From IMG/VR virus record IMGVR_UViG_3300045972_000807, positions 32,001 through 96,000 of that record: a stretch of DNA of 64,000 bases; one strand, 5' to 3'. Made by a program: the position numbers and the translations under genes. This DNA comes from a virus. Shown in pieces: positions 45,139 through 55,911 of the stretch. The notes under the pieces are model-generated. The model did no database searches and was not told the origin of the DNA. It was given only the letters and a program-made list of their open reading frames with translations. Numbering within the stretch: the stretch's first letter is position 1; each line of letters begins with the position of its first letter.

Positions 45139-47160
45139 TTAACGAAAATAGCTCACCAAGATCACATCGCCGACGAGCGGCGCTGTGTTCAAGGTGACTC
45201 CTGTTCCAGAAATTGTGTAGTCGTTGTCGCTGCCCATGTTTTGCAACACGCCGTTGACGTACAGTTGTTCTGTACCAGCGTGAGGTGTATTGGCCAGGAC
45301 GAACACAGCGTTGGTGCCATTGACGGTACCTGCTGGGATTTCGCGGACAACAACCTTGTCGTAGGTCAGATCGTTGGGCTGATCTTGTTCCAGCACATAC
45401 ACACGAGCAGCCAAGGCGGCTTCTGCGGCAGTAGCGCGGGCCAGTTCAGCACCTTCAGCAGCTGTAGCACGAGTCACTTCGGCGGCTACTGCATTGGTGT
45501 TCACCAATTCAGCGGCTGTGGCGCGCGAGGCTTCTGCGGCGATGGCTGTAGTCAGAGCGGACTCGGCAGCGGTAGCGCGAGCAGCTTCGTTCGACACCGA
45601 GGTGATGATCGGGCTGGTAGCTGAGGAGATAGCTGTGTCGCGGGCGGCGGCTTCGGCAGCAATCGCAGCTGTGTAGGCTGTGGTGATTGCAGCGTCGGCT
45701 GACGTACGGGCAGAAGCTTCAGCAGTAACGGCAGTGTTCCACAGTGCGTTGTCTGCGGCGATGGCCGTAGTGTAGGCAGTGGTGATCGAACCTTCGGCAG
45801 CGGTTGCACGGGTTGTTTCAGCACCAATGCTGGTACCCAGGGCAGCTTCAGCGGCCAGTGCGCGAGCCAGTTCAGTTGCATCGGCAGCAGCGAAGGCTGT
45901 GGAGATGGAACCTTCAGCGGCTGTAGCACGAGTCACTTCAGCAGCAACGGCTGTAGTCAGTGTGCCTTCGGCGGCAGTAGCACGTGAGGCTTCAGCTGCA
46001 ACAGCCGCGGTGAACGCGGTAGTAACAGCGGCGTCGCCAGCGATGCGTGCTGTAGCTTCGGAGTCGATGTTGCCTTGCAACACGCCTTCGGCGGCAGTTG
46101 CACGAGTCACTTCACCGGCCAGGTTGGTGGTCAGTGTGCCTTCAGCAGCAGTTGCACGGGTAACTTCAGCGGAAACAGCCGAGGTCAGAACGCCTTCAGC
46201 AGCAGTAGCGCGGGATGCTTCAGCAGCAACAGCGGCAATGCGGGCATTGGCTTCGGACGTGTCAGCGTTGGTGCGGGCCAGAACTTCGGCAGCCAGTGCA
46301 TCGGCAGCAGCTGTAACAGCAGCAGCTTCGGCAGCGGTAGCGCGAGTTGTTTCAGCGTCGGTGTAGGCAGCGGCAGCAGCAGCGATGGCCGTTTCAGCAG
46401 CAGTAGCACGTGTGACTTCAGTTGCCAGGTTTGCAGCAGTAGCCGAGGTACCAGCGAGTGCGGTGATGTTGGCTTGCAGCGTAGCTTCAGCAGCTGTAGC
46501 ACGAGTCACTTCGGCGCTGTCAGCGGACTGATAGGCAGAGGTGATGGCGCTTTCAGCGGCTTGGGCACGTGTGGACTCGGTCGTGATGGCCGTGGCGTTG
46601 TTGCCGTTGGCGGTGGACAGCGCAGCTTCAGCGGCCGTAGCGCGTGTAACTTCAGCAGCGATGCTGGTGTTCAGAGCGGATTCGGCAGCAGTTGCACGGG
46701 TGATTTCAGAGGCCAGGGCATCGGCAGATGAAGTGCTTGCAACGATCGCGGAGATCTGTGATTGCAAACCGGCTTCAGCTGTAGACGCACGCGATGCTTC
46801 AGCGGCCAGTGCTGTGTCCAGGGCCACGTCTGCTGTGAACAGAGAAGTAGCTGCGCCCAGGTAGTTGCTGTTGGTGGGGGCAACGTAAGCACCACCGGTG
46901 GTCAGGCCAGCGCCGGTCAGGGTGCCAGTGATCAGGCTTTGGATGGCAGTTGTAATGCTGCTGTCCGATGCTTCCCAAGCTTGGGTAGCGGCGTTGATGG
47001 AAGCTACGGTAGCCTCATCAGTTGCCAAGGTCGTGAAGATGTTCGCAATGTTGGTGCTGAGACCAGACAGGTATGCCTGGAACGCTGCATCAATTGCGGA
47101 CTGTGGAACGGAAGCAGTGCGTATCTGCGAGCCATTGATTGTGGTAGGGGTAGCTGCCAT
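45139..47160 (-). CDS. coiled-coil fibre protein with ExxRAxAAE repeats and small C-terminal Ig-like domain
   Basis: About 20 (A)EVTRATAAE-type repeats; C-terminus VNGTNAVFVLANTP...LYVNGVLQ...DYTISG...GDVILVSY; GGAG RBS. Confidence 0.85.
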   Translation of the reverse strand: MAATPTTINGSQIRTASVPQSAIDAAFQAYLSGLSTNIANIFTTLATDEATVASINAATQAWEASDSSITTAIQSLITGTLTGAGLTTGGAYVAPTNSNYLGAATSLFTADVALDTALAAEASRASTAEAGLQSQISAIVASTSSADALASEITRATAAESALNTSIAAEVTRATAAEAALSTANGNNATAITTESTRAQAAESAITSAYQSADSAEVTRATAAEATLQANITALAGTSATAANLATEVTRATAAETAIAAAAAAYTDAETTRATAAEAAAVTAAADALAAEVLARTNADTSEANARIAAVAAEASRATAAEGVLTSAVSAEVTRATAAEGTLTTNLAGEVTRATAAEGVLQGNIDSEATARIAGDAAVTTAFTAAVAAEASRATAAEGTLTTAVAAEVTRATAAEGSISTAFAAADATELARALAAEAALGTSIGAETTRATAAEGSITTAYTTAIAADNALWNTAVTAEASARTSADAAITTAYTAAIAAEAAARDTAISSATSPIITSVSNEAARATAAESALTTAIAAEASRATAAELVNTNAVAAEVTRATAAEGAELARATAAEAALAARVYVLEQDQPNDLTYDKVVVREIPAGTVNGTNAVFVLANTPHAGTEQLYVNGVLQNMGSDNDYTISGTGVTLNTAPLVGDVILVSYFR

Positions 47161-47228
47161 GATGGATATTTCTCCGGGGGTTGAATTAAACTAACACACT
47201 AACAAAAAGAGTATCTTTGCAAAGACGT

Positions 47229-47918
47229 TCAATACGTGTACTCCACTATAACATTGTCAAAGGAATCCGGGTTAAAGTAATTATTTTGCCAGCCGATTGT
47301 TGCCCCAGCTATGAGGAAGTCTCCGCCGTAAGTGTACCGTATACCGTTTATCCAGATGACCACGCTAGGTGGGTCCAATGGGGTGTGAAGCAATTGCTTA
47401 TTACTAAGCCCTGTTTCACTTATTGCTATAAGCTCCTGAGTTTTAGTTCCGGTGGCTGGCGTTATTGTGCCAGCCACCGCATCCAAAATGTTACGCTCAT
47501 CAACAGCAAAGGCCTCAGCCGTATTGCCTGTGACAAGCTCGGTGTACACTGCGTCTGAGGGCAGCATACCTAGTTTGAGGTTTGGGGTTACCTGAGCCAA
47601 TAGACAAGCTGTTGAGTTGGTTACCGCGTCAACCTCGTCACCTGGTTCGTCCCATAAAATTGTACCACTTAAGGTACTCTGGTCTATGGGGGTAGCAGCC
47701 GTTAAGACGTATCTATGGAAGATACCTGGTATCTGCATGAACGTATTAACGTCGCTTGCAGGTATGTAAAGAACAAACCCAGGTGTAACGTCGTAGGCAC
47801 CGTTACCGGTAGCATCAGCTTGGTTAGAGAACTGGGCTGATTCAAATGTGTATTCTCCAGCGTTTCCAGTAGGCGTAAAGGCGCTGACTGTTAAAGCTGC
47901 ATTTATTGGACGCGCCAT
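47229..47918 (-). CDS. two-domain putative fibre adaptor (paralogue of 51310-52152 N-domain)
   Basis: RPINA...GNAGEY.F...NQADATGNGA N-domain; C-domain resembles the C-domain of 45139-47160. Confidence 0.75.
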   Translation of the reverse strand: MARPINAALTVSAFTPTGNAGEYTFESAQFSNQADATGNGAYDVTPGFVLYIPASDVNTFMQIPGIFHRYVLTAATPIDQSTLSGTILWDEPGDEVDAVTNSTACLLAQVTPNLKLGMLPSDAVYTELVTGNTAEAFAVDERNILDAVAGTITPATGTKTQELIAISETGLSNKQLLHTPLDPPSVVIWINGIRYTYGGDFLIAGATIGWQNNYFNPDSFDNVIVEYTY

Positions 47919-47930
47919 TACATTCAACCT

Positions 47931-49022
47931 TTAGAAGGACATTAGGAATACGATACCTGTCGTGCTTGCGGGCAAGGCGCCATACTGGAACATATTCCAG
48001 CTTGTACCACTTACCACAGCTATCGTGTTGCCCACAGCGCTAAGGCTAACACCATCTTGGCGAACCTGTTGGACTGGAACTATAGCGTTGTCAAAGCTAC
48101 TCCATGCGCCAGTGGGCTGGACTGGTATTGTCAAATTGTACGAGGTACCTGTGCGAGTGCCAGTTGCCAAGTGAATACGCATACCCAGCAACGTTATGTT
48201 GCTAACACCAGCAGGTGCGGTTAAGATACCTGCATTGATGTTGTTAACACCAGAGGCATTATGGGCAAAGGTGTAGCCCATAGAGTACGCTGCAGCTGTA
48301 CCCGAAGAACCACCAGTACCGCTGGAAGTAATTGTGAAAGTATTGGTAGTTACCGCGGTGATTAGACCGTTCTGAAACTCCACGTTAGCGTTGTGGACGA
48401 TAACCATCTCGCCGACAGAGTGACCGTGACCGTTGTCAGTGATAACCAGGTTTGTGCTGGTTTGTGCCCACGAAAGGCCGGTGGTAACGGGGGCGCTAGT
48501 GGCAACCCACACGGATTGACCTGTTGTGGTGTTGACTGGATAGCGGCAGGTTGTATCGTAAACCTTAGATACGCCACCGCCAGTGCCGCCAGATGCGCTA
48601 ATAGTGCCGTCACCTGCGATAGTAACGCCGGTACCCTGCTTTACGCCGCCCAGTACAGATGAGCTTGCAACAGGCAAGGTGTACGCTGAGGGGATAGAGG
48701 GTGTACCTGACAGATCGCTATAGGCGCCGGATAAGGCAACCGCAGCCAGGCTGGAGGTATTGGCTTTACCAGAAATTGCCGTAGCAACCTGCGCGGCTGT
48801 CTGGTAGCCAGCGTCATTGGTAAAGCCTGAGATAACAGTCGGTACTACGACCGCTGTAGTTTGAACGGAGTTGTCAGAAAACTTAACGCCTGAAGAGCCA
48901 GCAATTAGCTGTGCAGCTTTGAACGAGCCGGGCGTTGACAGCGCATTGGCACCTTCGCGCAATAGCTCTGTGTCAGTGCCAAAGTGTATGTGATTTCTCG
49001 CGTTGTCAATTATTATGGACAT
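47931..49022 (-). CDS. short fibre protein whose C-terminal domain is paralogous to that of the collagen protein 52171-55911
   Basis: FTNDAGY, SGAYSDL and LGGVK.G.G..I repeats, then an about 210-aa shared domain. Start moved to ATG 49022, downstream of the hairpin. Confidence 0.8.
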   Translation of the reverse strand: MSIIIDNARNHIHFGTDTELLREGANALSTPGSFKAAQLIAGSSGVKFSDNSVQTTAVVVPTVISGFTNDAGYQTAAQVATAISGKANTSSLAAVALSGAYSDLSGTPSIPSAYTLPVASSSVLGGVKQGTGVTIAGDGTISASGGTGGGVSKVYDTTCRYPVNTTTGQSVWVATSAPVTTGLSWAQTSTNLVITDNGHGHSVGEMVIVHNANVEFQNGLITAVTTNTFTITSSGTGGSSGTAAAYSMGYTFAHNASGVNNINAGILTAPAGVSNITLLGMRIHLATGTRTGTSYNLTIPVQPTGAWSSFDNAIVPVQQVRQDGVSLSAVGNTIAVVSGTSWNMFQYGALPASTTGIVFLMSF

Positions 49023-49053
49023 TGCTTGGTCGCCCTTCAAATCTTTAATAGAA

Positions 49054-49082
49054 GGGCCGGTGAATAAAATAAACACCGGCCC
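49054..49082 (-). terminator. terminator-like hairpin after 49105-51288
   Basis: GGGCCGGTG...CACCGGCCC followed by TTCTATT on the minus strand. Confidence 0.65.
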
Positions 49083-49104
49083 CGACGTAACCCACTAGCG
49101 TTGA

Positions 49105-51288
49105 TTAGACGATAGTGGTAGTTTTGATGCCAACAACCCAGGTGATCGAAGTTGCAGCAGCGCCTTGCACAGTGATGGCCAGACCGCTACCATCGGTAGA
49201 CGCATTTGCATCCCACGAGGTGTCTTCCAGGGCGATGATGTCTTTCAACACACTGCCGCCGACGATGCTGATAGTGCCTGCAACGTTCTTGATAGCGCCT
49301 TCGAGTGTGAAAGCACCAACCAATGCGCCGCCAGCTGTCTTGCCAACTACGTCAGCAGTGAACTGCACCACGGCGCCTGAGGCCACGGCCACGGTCAGAG
49401 CAGAAGTTGCAGTAGCGTCGGTTGTAGGCACTGTAGCCACGGCAGTACGAGTACCAGAGCCGCCGGCCAGCAGAGTTGCACCAGTCACGCTCAGGACACC
49501 AGCACCGTCAACAGCCAGACCAGAACCTACCTTCACACCGCCCAGCACCGAGGCAGTAGCCACGGGCACAGCAGTCAGGTAACCTGCGTCGTTGGTGAAC
49601 GCTGACACCACGGTAGGTACGGTCGGAATGGTGGGAGCACCAGACAGATCAGCGTATGCACCAGTGGTTGCCACAGTAGCCAGTGAGGCTGTAGTAGCGT
49701 AGGCGGCCAGGGCGGAGGTCAGGACGTAGCTGGACAGCGAAGCGGTCGTGGCGTACGAAGACAGAGCCGAGGTCAGAGCGTAGGGAGCCAGTGCGGTAGC
49801 AACGTTGCCAGCAGTTTGATAACCAGCGTCGTTGGTGAACGAAGACACGGTTGTGGGGACTGTCGGGATCGTTGGGGTACCGGTCAGGTCAGCGTATGAG
49901 CCTGACAGAGCAACAGCAGCCAAGCTGGAAGTGTCAGCCTTGCCAGCGATTGCGGTAGACACATTGGCAGCGGTCTGGTAGCCAGCGTCGTTGGTGAACA
50001 CGGACACCAGAGTCGGGATCGTCGGGATCGTCGGTGCGCCAATCAAAGCACTGTAAGCGCCGGAGAACGCAACAGCAGCCAGGTCAGCAGTGTTTGCCTT
50101 GAAGGCAACAGCAGTGGTCAGCGCAGCAGCTGCAGACTCGTCAGCAGCCAGGGCCGTTGCGATTTCAGCCAGTGTATCCAGTGCCGTAGGAGCAGCGCCT
50201 ACAACAGCAGCGATTGCGGCGGTGACTTGAGCAGCAGTCTGGTAGGTGGAGTCATTGGTGAACGCGCTAACGTTGGTAGGCACGGTCGGGATTGTGGGCT
50301 TGTTAATCAGGTCAGAGTACGAACCTGAAGTAGCCACGGTAGCCAGGGCGGTAGCGTCCACCTTGCCAGCGATTGCTGTAGCAACGTTTGCTGCGGTTTG
50401 GTAACCGGAGTCATTGGTGAAAGCAGAAACCACGGTAGGAACCGTGGGGATTGTGGGCAGGCCCAACAGGTCGGAGTACTGGCCAGATGTAGCCACTGTA
50501 GCCAGTGACGACGTTGTAGCGTAAGCGCCCAGGGACACCACAGTAGCGTAGGCGGCCAACGAAGCGTTGGTAGCGTATGCCGACAGGGAAGACGTTGTGG
50601 CGTAAGCCGACAGGGAAGCGATCGTTGCGTAGTCACCCAGAGCAGTAACCACTTGAGCGCTGGTCTGATAGCCGGCGTCGTTGGTGAATGCGCTCACCAC
50701 TGTAGGTACGGTCGGGATCGAAGGCTTGTTGCTCAGGTCGGTGTAGGAACCTGTAGTTGCCACTGTAGCCAATGCCGAGCTGAGAGCGTATCCAGCGTCA
50801 TTGGTGAAAGCAGAAACCACGGTAGGAACCGTGGGGATCGAAGGCTTGCCGGTCAGGTCAGAGTACACGCCGGAGAACGCAACAGGTGCCAGAGCAGAGG
50901 CGTCAACCTTGCCAGCAACAGACGTTGTCAGCGCAGCAGCAGCGGATTCATCGGCAGCCAGGGCAGCAGCGATTTCAGCCAGAGTGTCCAGTGCTGTAGG
51001 AGCAGCGCCTACAACAGCAGCAATCGCTGCGTCCACAGTGCTTGTCACATTGGCAGCAGTTTGGTAGCCAACGTCATTGGCGAAGTCACTGACCTTGGTC
51101 GGCACAGTAACGACGGTGGGAGTAACGAGATCCAAGCCACCCGAAGATGTATTGAACGCGAGCACTTGGCCGTTTTGCGCGGACGTGGTGTCCGGAAAAA
51201 CGATAGTACCAACGCCAGATGCGGGGCCACGCAGTACCAAGCCACCGGCTGTGCCAGCATTGTCAAGAACGATACCTTTGATTGTCAT
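49105..51288 (-). CDS. tail-fibre stalk protein with PTIPTVPTxVSxFTNDAGY / LATVATSGSYSDL repeats
   Basis: About 8 FxNDxxY repeats, two GAAPTALDTLAEIA modules and a C-terminal beta domain; GGAG RBS. Confidence 0.85.
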   Translation of the reverse strand: MTIKGIVLDNAGTAGGLVLRGPASGVGTIVFPDTTSAQNGQVLAFNTSSGGLDLVTPTVVTVPTKVSDFANDVGYQTAANVTSTVDAAIAAVVGAAPTALDTLAEIAAALAADESAAAALTTSVAGKVDASALAPVAFSGVYSDLTGKPSIPTVPTVVSAFTNDAGYALSSALATVATTGSYTDLSNKPSIPTVPTVVSAFTNDAGYQTSAQVVTALGDYATIASLSAYATTSSLSAYATNASLAAYATVVSLGAYATTSSLATVATSGQYSDLLGLPTIPTVPTVVSAFTNDSGYQTAANVATAIAGKVDATALATVATSGSYSDLINKPTIPTVPTNVSAFTNDSTYQTAAQVTAAIAAVVGAAPTALDTLAEIATALAADESAAAALTTAVAFKANTADLAAVAFSGAYSALIGAPTIPTIPTLVSVFTNDAGYQTAANVSTAIAGKADTSSLAAVALSGSYADLTGTPTIPTVPTTVSSFTNDAGYQTAGNVATALAPYALTSALSSYATTASLSSYVLTSALAAYATTASLATVATTGAYADLSGAPTIPTVPTVVSAFTNDAGYLTAVPVATASVLGGVKVGSGLAVDGAGVLSVTGATLLAGGSGTRTAVATVPTTDATATSALTVAVASGAVVQFTADVVGKTAGGALVGAFTLEGAIKNVAGTISIVGGSVLKDIIALEDTSWDANASTDGSGLAITVQGAAATSITWVVGIKTTTIV

Positions 51289-51309
51289 ATAGACTCCGAG
51301 TTAAGGCAG

Positions 51310-52152
51310 TTAAGCCGTGAAAATTGTCAGCGTAGTTGATGCTGACCAGTTGAGGGAAGTTGCGGAAGATCCAGTTACCTGAATATCGAGAGCGCCTGTA
51401 GCTGCATTGGCTGAGGCCTGCGCGTCCCAGCTCGTATTAGAGCGCGCCACTATAGTTGTTAGGGTGTTGCCCATAAGGGCTAGTGTATTCAAATTGTCAT
51501 CCATGTAGAGCGTACCTTCGATGATAAAGATACAACGCTGATTAGGCGCGCCTGCTCTGTGGCCTACTACTATGGTGCGGAAAACAGCAGTGCTCAAACT
51601 GGGCAAAGTCAAATCTTGAACGGGACCCAGGGTAAGCGGTGTTGCGTTGGTTGTGGAACCTGAGACGTCTATAGTCGTAGTTACAAGACCCCCGCCCCCG
51701 CCACCCAGGCCAATGTTGTCAGTAACATCCCTAGAGTCCAACACCATAGCCTGGATGTCGGAACCGCTAGGCAAGTTGGCATACACAGCGTTGCTGGGAA
51801 CAAGGCTAAGCCCATGGTTGGGCGTAGCCTGCGCTAGCATTACATAGGCGCCACTAGACGGAATGTCTACCTCAGCAGTAGGCTCATCCCACAGCATAGT
51901 TCCGCTCAAGAGACTGGCACCTGTTGGGCTTACTGAGGTAAGCTTGTATCGGTGCATGGCTCCTGATACAGGACTGCCAGTGTTAACGTCTGTGGGCTGG
52001 ACATAGACTTTGCAGCCTATGGTAATGTCCGCCGCGCCGTTGCCTGTGGCATCCGCTTGGTTGTCAAAGTTAGCGTCAGTGAAGGAATACTCGCCTGCGT
52101 TCCCAGTACCTACGAACGAACTAACGAATAGGGTTGCGTTTATTGGCCGCAT
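51310..52152 (-). CDS. two-domain putative fibre adaptor
   Basis: N-domain paralogous to 47229-47918; poly-Gly linker; C-domain resembles the C-domain of 49105-51288. Confidence 0.75.
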   Translation of the reverse strand: MRPINATLFVSSFVGTGNAGEYSFTDANFDNQADATGNGAADITIGCKVYVQPTDVNTGSPVSGAMHRYKLTSVSPTGASLLSGTMLWDEPTAEVDIPSSGAYVMLAQATPNHGLSLVPSNAVYANLPSGSDIQAMVLDSRDVTDNIGLGGGGGGLVTTTIDVSGSTTNATPLTLGPVQDLTLPSLSTAVFRTIVVGHRAGAPNQRCIFIIEGTLYMDDNLNTLALMGNTLTTIVARSNTSWDAQASANAATGALDIQVTGSSATSLNWSASTTLTIFTA

Positions 52153-52170
52153 TTATAGCATCCTTACTGA

Positions 52171-55100
52171 TTAGAAGTTAGCCAGGATAACGATGCCAGT
52201 TGCGGACGCTGGAAGCGCCCCAAACTGGAACGCCGCGAAGCTACCACTGATTGATGTTGCAATGGTGTTACCCACTGCGCTGAGAGTAGTACCGTCCTGC
52301 CGAATTTGCTGGACTGGAATCCATACGTCATCCATGCTTGTGTCTCCACCAGCACCGTTAAGGATGCCAGCCGGGACATTCAGCGTGTAGGTTGTACCTG
52401 TCCGTGTGCCTGTTGCCAGGTGAATACGGACACCCATGAGCTGAATGTCTGCACCTGCAGTAGCTGGGGCGCTTATTGTGCCTCCGCTAATAGAACCAGA
52501 AGGTCCGTTATGTGCAAACGTGAAGCCCATCGTGTAGTTACAGCTAAAGCCCATTGCGGCTCCTGCACCGCTACTGGTAACCGTAAACGTATTTGCAGTA
52601 ACCGAGGTAATCAACGCTACTTGGTAATCCACATTGGCATTACGGATGATAGCCAGATCGCCTACCGAGTGACCGTGAGCGTTGTAGGTCAGAGTAAGTG
52701 CTGTACCTACCTGAGCCCACTGCACACCCACACGAATCTGAGAAGCACTGGTAACTGAGACAGCAAGTCCCGTAGTGGTCAGAACCTGATAGCGCGACAC
52801 AGTATTGTGGATAACGCCGATCATTGCTCCGCCAGGTCCCTGTGCTCCGTCTGCTCCAGTAGCACCGGTTGCACCTGTGGGGCCTGCTACGGTTGAGGCC
52901 GCACCAGTAGCACCGGTTGGTCCTGCTGGGCCAGTAGAGCCTGTTGGACCTGCTGGACCTGCTGGTCCAGGTACTGTAGACGCCGCGCCTGTTGGGCCGT
53001 TTGCACCAGTAGGCCCAACAGGACCTGCTACGGTTGAAGCGGCACCTTGGGGTCCTGTAGCACCTGTGGGTCCTGCTACACCTTGAGGTCCAGGTACTGT
53101 AGAGTTTGCACCTTGGGGTCCAGTAGGACCTGCAGGGCCGGGTACTGTTGAGGTTGGGCCTGTGGCTCCCGTTGGACCTACGGTACCTTGGGCTCCCGTA
53201 GGACCTGTGGGACCTGCTGACCCTTGAAGACCTGCGGGTCCAGTGGGTCCAACGATAGCGCCTACGTCTACCCAGGCTGAGCCACTCCAAGTGTACAGGT
53301 TACCGTCAGCTGCAACCACGTATGAGTCGTTAGTTGCCTGTCCGGTAGAAGGCAAACTAGCTACAGTAGCTACAGTTCCCTTCATGTTTATGCCCACACC
53401 CGCAGGGCCTTGGGCGCCAGTGGGTCCTGCTACGCCAGTTGTACCTGTTGCTCCGTTTGCGCCTGTGGGTCCAGCGGGGCCCGCAGAACCAGTATTGCCA
53501 GTTGGGCCTGTAGGTCCTGCGACACCAGTAGTTCCCTGGATACCCTGAGAACCTGTGGGGCCAACCGCTCCAGTGCTACCGGTTGCACCTGTAGGACCAG
53601 CTACGCCAGCTGAGCCTTGGGCACCGGTGGGGCCTGCAGGGCCAGCTGGGCCGGCAGAACCTGTAGGGCCAGCAACCAAGCTAGCAGCACCTGTCGCGCC
53701 TGTTGGTCCAGCGGGGCCAGTAGCACCGGAGGGACCTGCGACACCAGTAGTACCCTGGATACCTTGGGCGCCAGTAGCACCCGTCGGGCCTACAATAGCG
53801 CCTACGTCTGTCCAAGCTGAGCCTGTCCACGAGTACAGGTGTCCGTTAGCCGACACCACGTAGGCGTCGTTAACAGCTGAGCCTGTTGCTGGAAGAGCAC
53901 CAACCGTCGCTACAGTACCTTTCAGGTTTATGCCAATGCCAGCTATACCTTGTGAGCCTGTGGCACCAGTGGGGCCAGCAACGCCGGACACACCTTGTGA
54001 GCCTGTAGCACCAGTAGGTCCGGTTGAGCCTGTGGGTCCTGCTACAGTGGACGCCGCGCCAGTAGCACCTGTGGGGCCGGTCGGGCCAGTGTTACCAATA
54101 GGTCCTTGAGCACCTTGAGCTCCAGCAGGTCCTTGCGAACCAGACGTGCCTGTTGCACCTGTAGCACCGTTTGCACCTGTGAAGCCGATAGGGCCTACAG
54201 CGCCTTGAGGACCTGTTGCGCCTACAGAGCCTGTAGCGCCTGTTGGTCCAGCAACGCCAGTGGTTCCCTGCGCGCCAGTAGCTCCCGTTGGGCCGGCTAT
54301 ACCTTGTGCGCCAGTAGCTCCAGCAACGCCTTGAATACCTTGGGCGCCGCCGTTACCTTGCAGACCCTGAATGCCTTGTGAGCCGGCAGGGCCTGTAGAA
54401 CCTGTGGGGCCTGCAACGCCTTGCGAACCAGCAGGTCCCTGAGCGCCAGTAGGGCCAACCGAACCTTGGGGACCCTGGATTAGGCCAACGTCAATCCAGC
54501 CAGCTCCATTCCACGAGTACAGGTGTCCGTTAGCGTTAACGACATACGCATCGCTTTGGGTAGCCGTTGTGGGCAGGTTAGCTGTTGTGGCTACGTTACC
54601 CTTCAGGTTGATACCAATACCTGCAGAACCTTGGATACCTTGTGCTCCAGTAGCGCCTGTTGGTCCAGCAACGCCAGTGGTTCCCTGCGCGCCAGTAGCG
54701 CCAGTAGGCCCAACGTTACCTTGGATACCTTGGATACCTTGAGTACCTTGTGTACCCATAGGGCCCAGGCCACCAACAGGTCCAGTTGCGCCAGTGGGGC
54801 CTGTAGGTCCCTGAGAGCCAGTGTTTCCTTGAATACCTTGGAGGCCTTGCAAGCCTTGTGGGCCTTGATTACCCTGAGGTCCAACCACAGTAGACGCCGC
54901 GCCGGTTGCACCAGTAGCTCCCTTAGGACCTGTGGCACCTGCAACTCCAGGCACACCTTGAGGACCTTCAACGGTACTGTCAGCGCCTTGAGGACCTTGA
55001 GGACCTGTTGGTCCCATTAGGCCTTCGCTGCCTGGAGCACCAGTGGGTCCAACAGTACCGGGCTGCATTGGCACCACGAGCGACTCAGCAAAGAACGTCG

Positions 55101-55911
55101 CAATGTCGCCGTTCTCGAACAGGTTGTTCCACGGTGCTGTGGTCTTGAAGTGGTAGCAGTCAGTAACCACGCCGTCAACACGATACAGGACGGTACCAAC
55201 CATCGAGCATGTGCGAGCGATACCGGCATTTGCACCGGTACGTGGAGTGACAAAGAATGAGATTGTGCGATCTACCTTGGACAGCGCGCCTAGGCTAGCA
55301 CTGTTTACAGGTATGTAGATGCTGGTGAAGTCTGACGCTGCGATAGTCAAATCGCCCAGGTTGTAGGAACCTGCGAGACGCCAAGAGCTACCGTCGGACA
55401 CTGCGATCAGGGACTTGCCTGAGATCACATAGGTATTTGTAATACCTGTTTCCTGAGTGTACGTCGTAGAGTCCGCCGCGTTAGGCAGTGCGTCAACAGA
55501 CGGCAGGACGTTCAGGTTACCGGCCGCAGCTGAGAGGGCCACCGGGGAGAACGGTGCGCGACCGCCTGCCTGCATAGGCAAGATACAAGCAACAGAAACG
55601 TTGTCTGTAATAGGAATGTCGGAATCGGACGAACCCAGTGCGACGCAGACGCCGTTAAAGTACAGTCCGATCTCGCCCATTACGATAGCTGGGCTACCGA
55701 GGCCGTGAGAGATTGAAACGGAAAAGGACGGAGAGCCTCCGTCCATTCCTGTCAAGGGCGCTTGTCCGTAATAGACTTTAGCTCCGTGAATGTCAGTGTC
55801 GTTACTTGTGGCTATATAGCCACTGGCATTGCCGACCGCGAAGTCCAGGCTGCTTGGCACGCCCGTAGTAGCGAACAACTGATAGCCGTAATTGGTTAGT
55901 GCGAAAAGCAT
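52171..55911 (-). CDS. long collagen-like tail fibre with putative N-terminal baseplate-anchor domain (1246 aa)
   Basis: About 750 aa of Gly-X-Y interrupted by three GINxKG...W.DVG.I.GP knots. The N-terminus (LTNYG...FAVG...GEIGLY) resembles myophage fibre anchor domains. Confidence 0.85.
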   Translation of the reverse strand: MLFALTNYGYQLFATTGVPSSLDFAVGNASGYIATSNDTDIHGAKVYYGQAPLTGMDGGSPSFSVSISHGLGSPAIVMGEIGLYFNGVCVALGSSDSDIPITDNVSVACILPMQAGGRAPFSPVALSAAAGNLNVLPSVDALPNAADSTTYTQETGITNTYVISGKSLIAVSDGSSWRLAGSYNLGDLTIAASDFTSIYIPVNSASLGALSKVDRTISFFVTPRTGANAGIARTCSMVGTVLYRVDGVVTDCYHFKTTAPWNNLFENGDIATFFAESLVVPMQPGTVGPTGAPGSEGLMGPTGPQGPQGADSTVEGPQGVPGVAGATGPKGATGATGAASTVVGPQGNQGPQGLQGLQGIQGNTGSQGPTGPTGATGPVGGLGPMGTQGTQGIQGIQGNVGPTGATGAQGTTGVAGPTGATGAQGIQGSAGIGINLKGNVATTANLPTTATQSDAYVVNANGHLYSWNGAGWIDVGLIQGPQGSVGPTGAQGPAGSQGVAGPTGSTGPAGSQGIQGLQGNGGAQGIQGVAGATGAQGIAGPTGATGAQGTTGVAGPTGATGSVGATGPQGAVGPIGFTGANGATGATGTSGSQGPAGAQGAQGPIGNTGPTGPTGATGAASTVAGPTGSTGPTGATGSQGVSGVAGPTGATGSQGIAGIGINLKGTVATVGALPATGSAVNDAYVVSANGHLYSWTGSAWTDVGAIVGPTGATGAQGIQGTTGVAGPSGATGPAGPTGATGAASLVAGPTGSAGPAGPAGPTGAQGSAGVAGPTGATGSTGAVGPTGSQGIQGTTGVAGPTGPTGNTGSAGPAGPTGANGATGTTGVAGPTGAQGPAGVGINMKGTVATVASLPSTGQATNDSYVVAADGNLYTWSGSAWVDVGAIVGPTGPAGLQGSAGPTGPTGAQGTVGPTGATGPTSTVPGPAGPTGPQGANSTVPGPQGVAGPTGATGPQGAASTVAGPVGPTGANGPTGAASTVPGPAGPAGPTGSTGPAGPTGATGAASTVAGPTGATGATGADGAQGPGGAMIGVIHNTVSRYQVLTTTGLAVSVTSASQIRVGVQWAQVGTALTLTYNAHGHSVGDLAIIRNANVDYQVALITSVTANTFTVTSSGAGAAMGFSCNYTMGFTFAHNGPSGSISGGTISAPATAGADIQLMGVRIHLATGTRTGTTYTLNVPAGILNGAGGDTSMDDVWIPVQQIRQDGTTLSAVGNTIATSISGSFAAFQFGALPASATGIVILANF

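Noticed and set aside
45400-46800. Possible CRISPR-like repeat array
   Set aside because: The repeats are degenerate at third codon positions and in frame within a CDS. There is no constant repeat with unique spacers and no cas gene.
44096-54971. Plus-strand PVAPVGP-type and alternative-frame ORFs over collagen and Ala-rich genes
   Set aside because: They are direct consequences of Gly-X-Y and Ala-rich repeats lacking stops in other frames.
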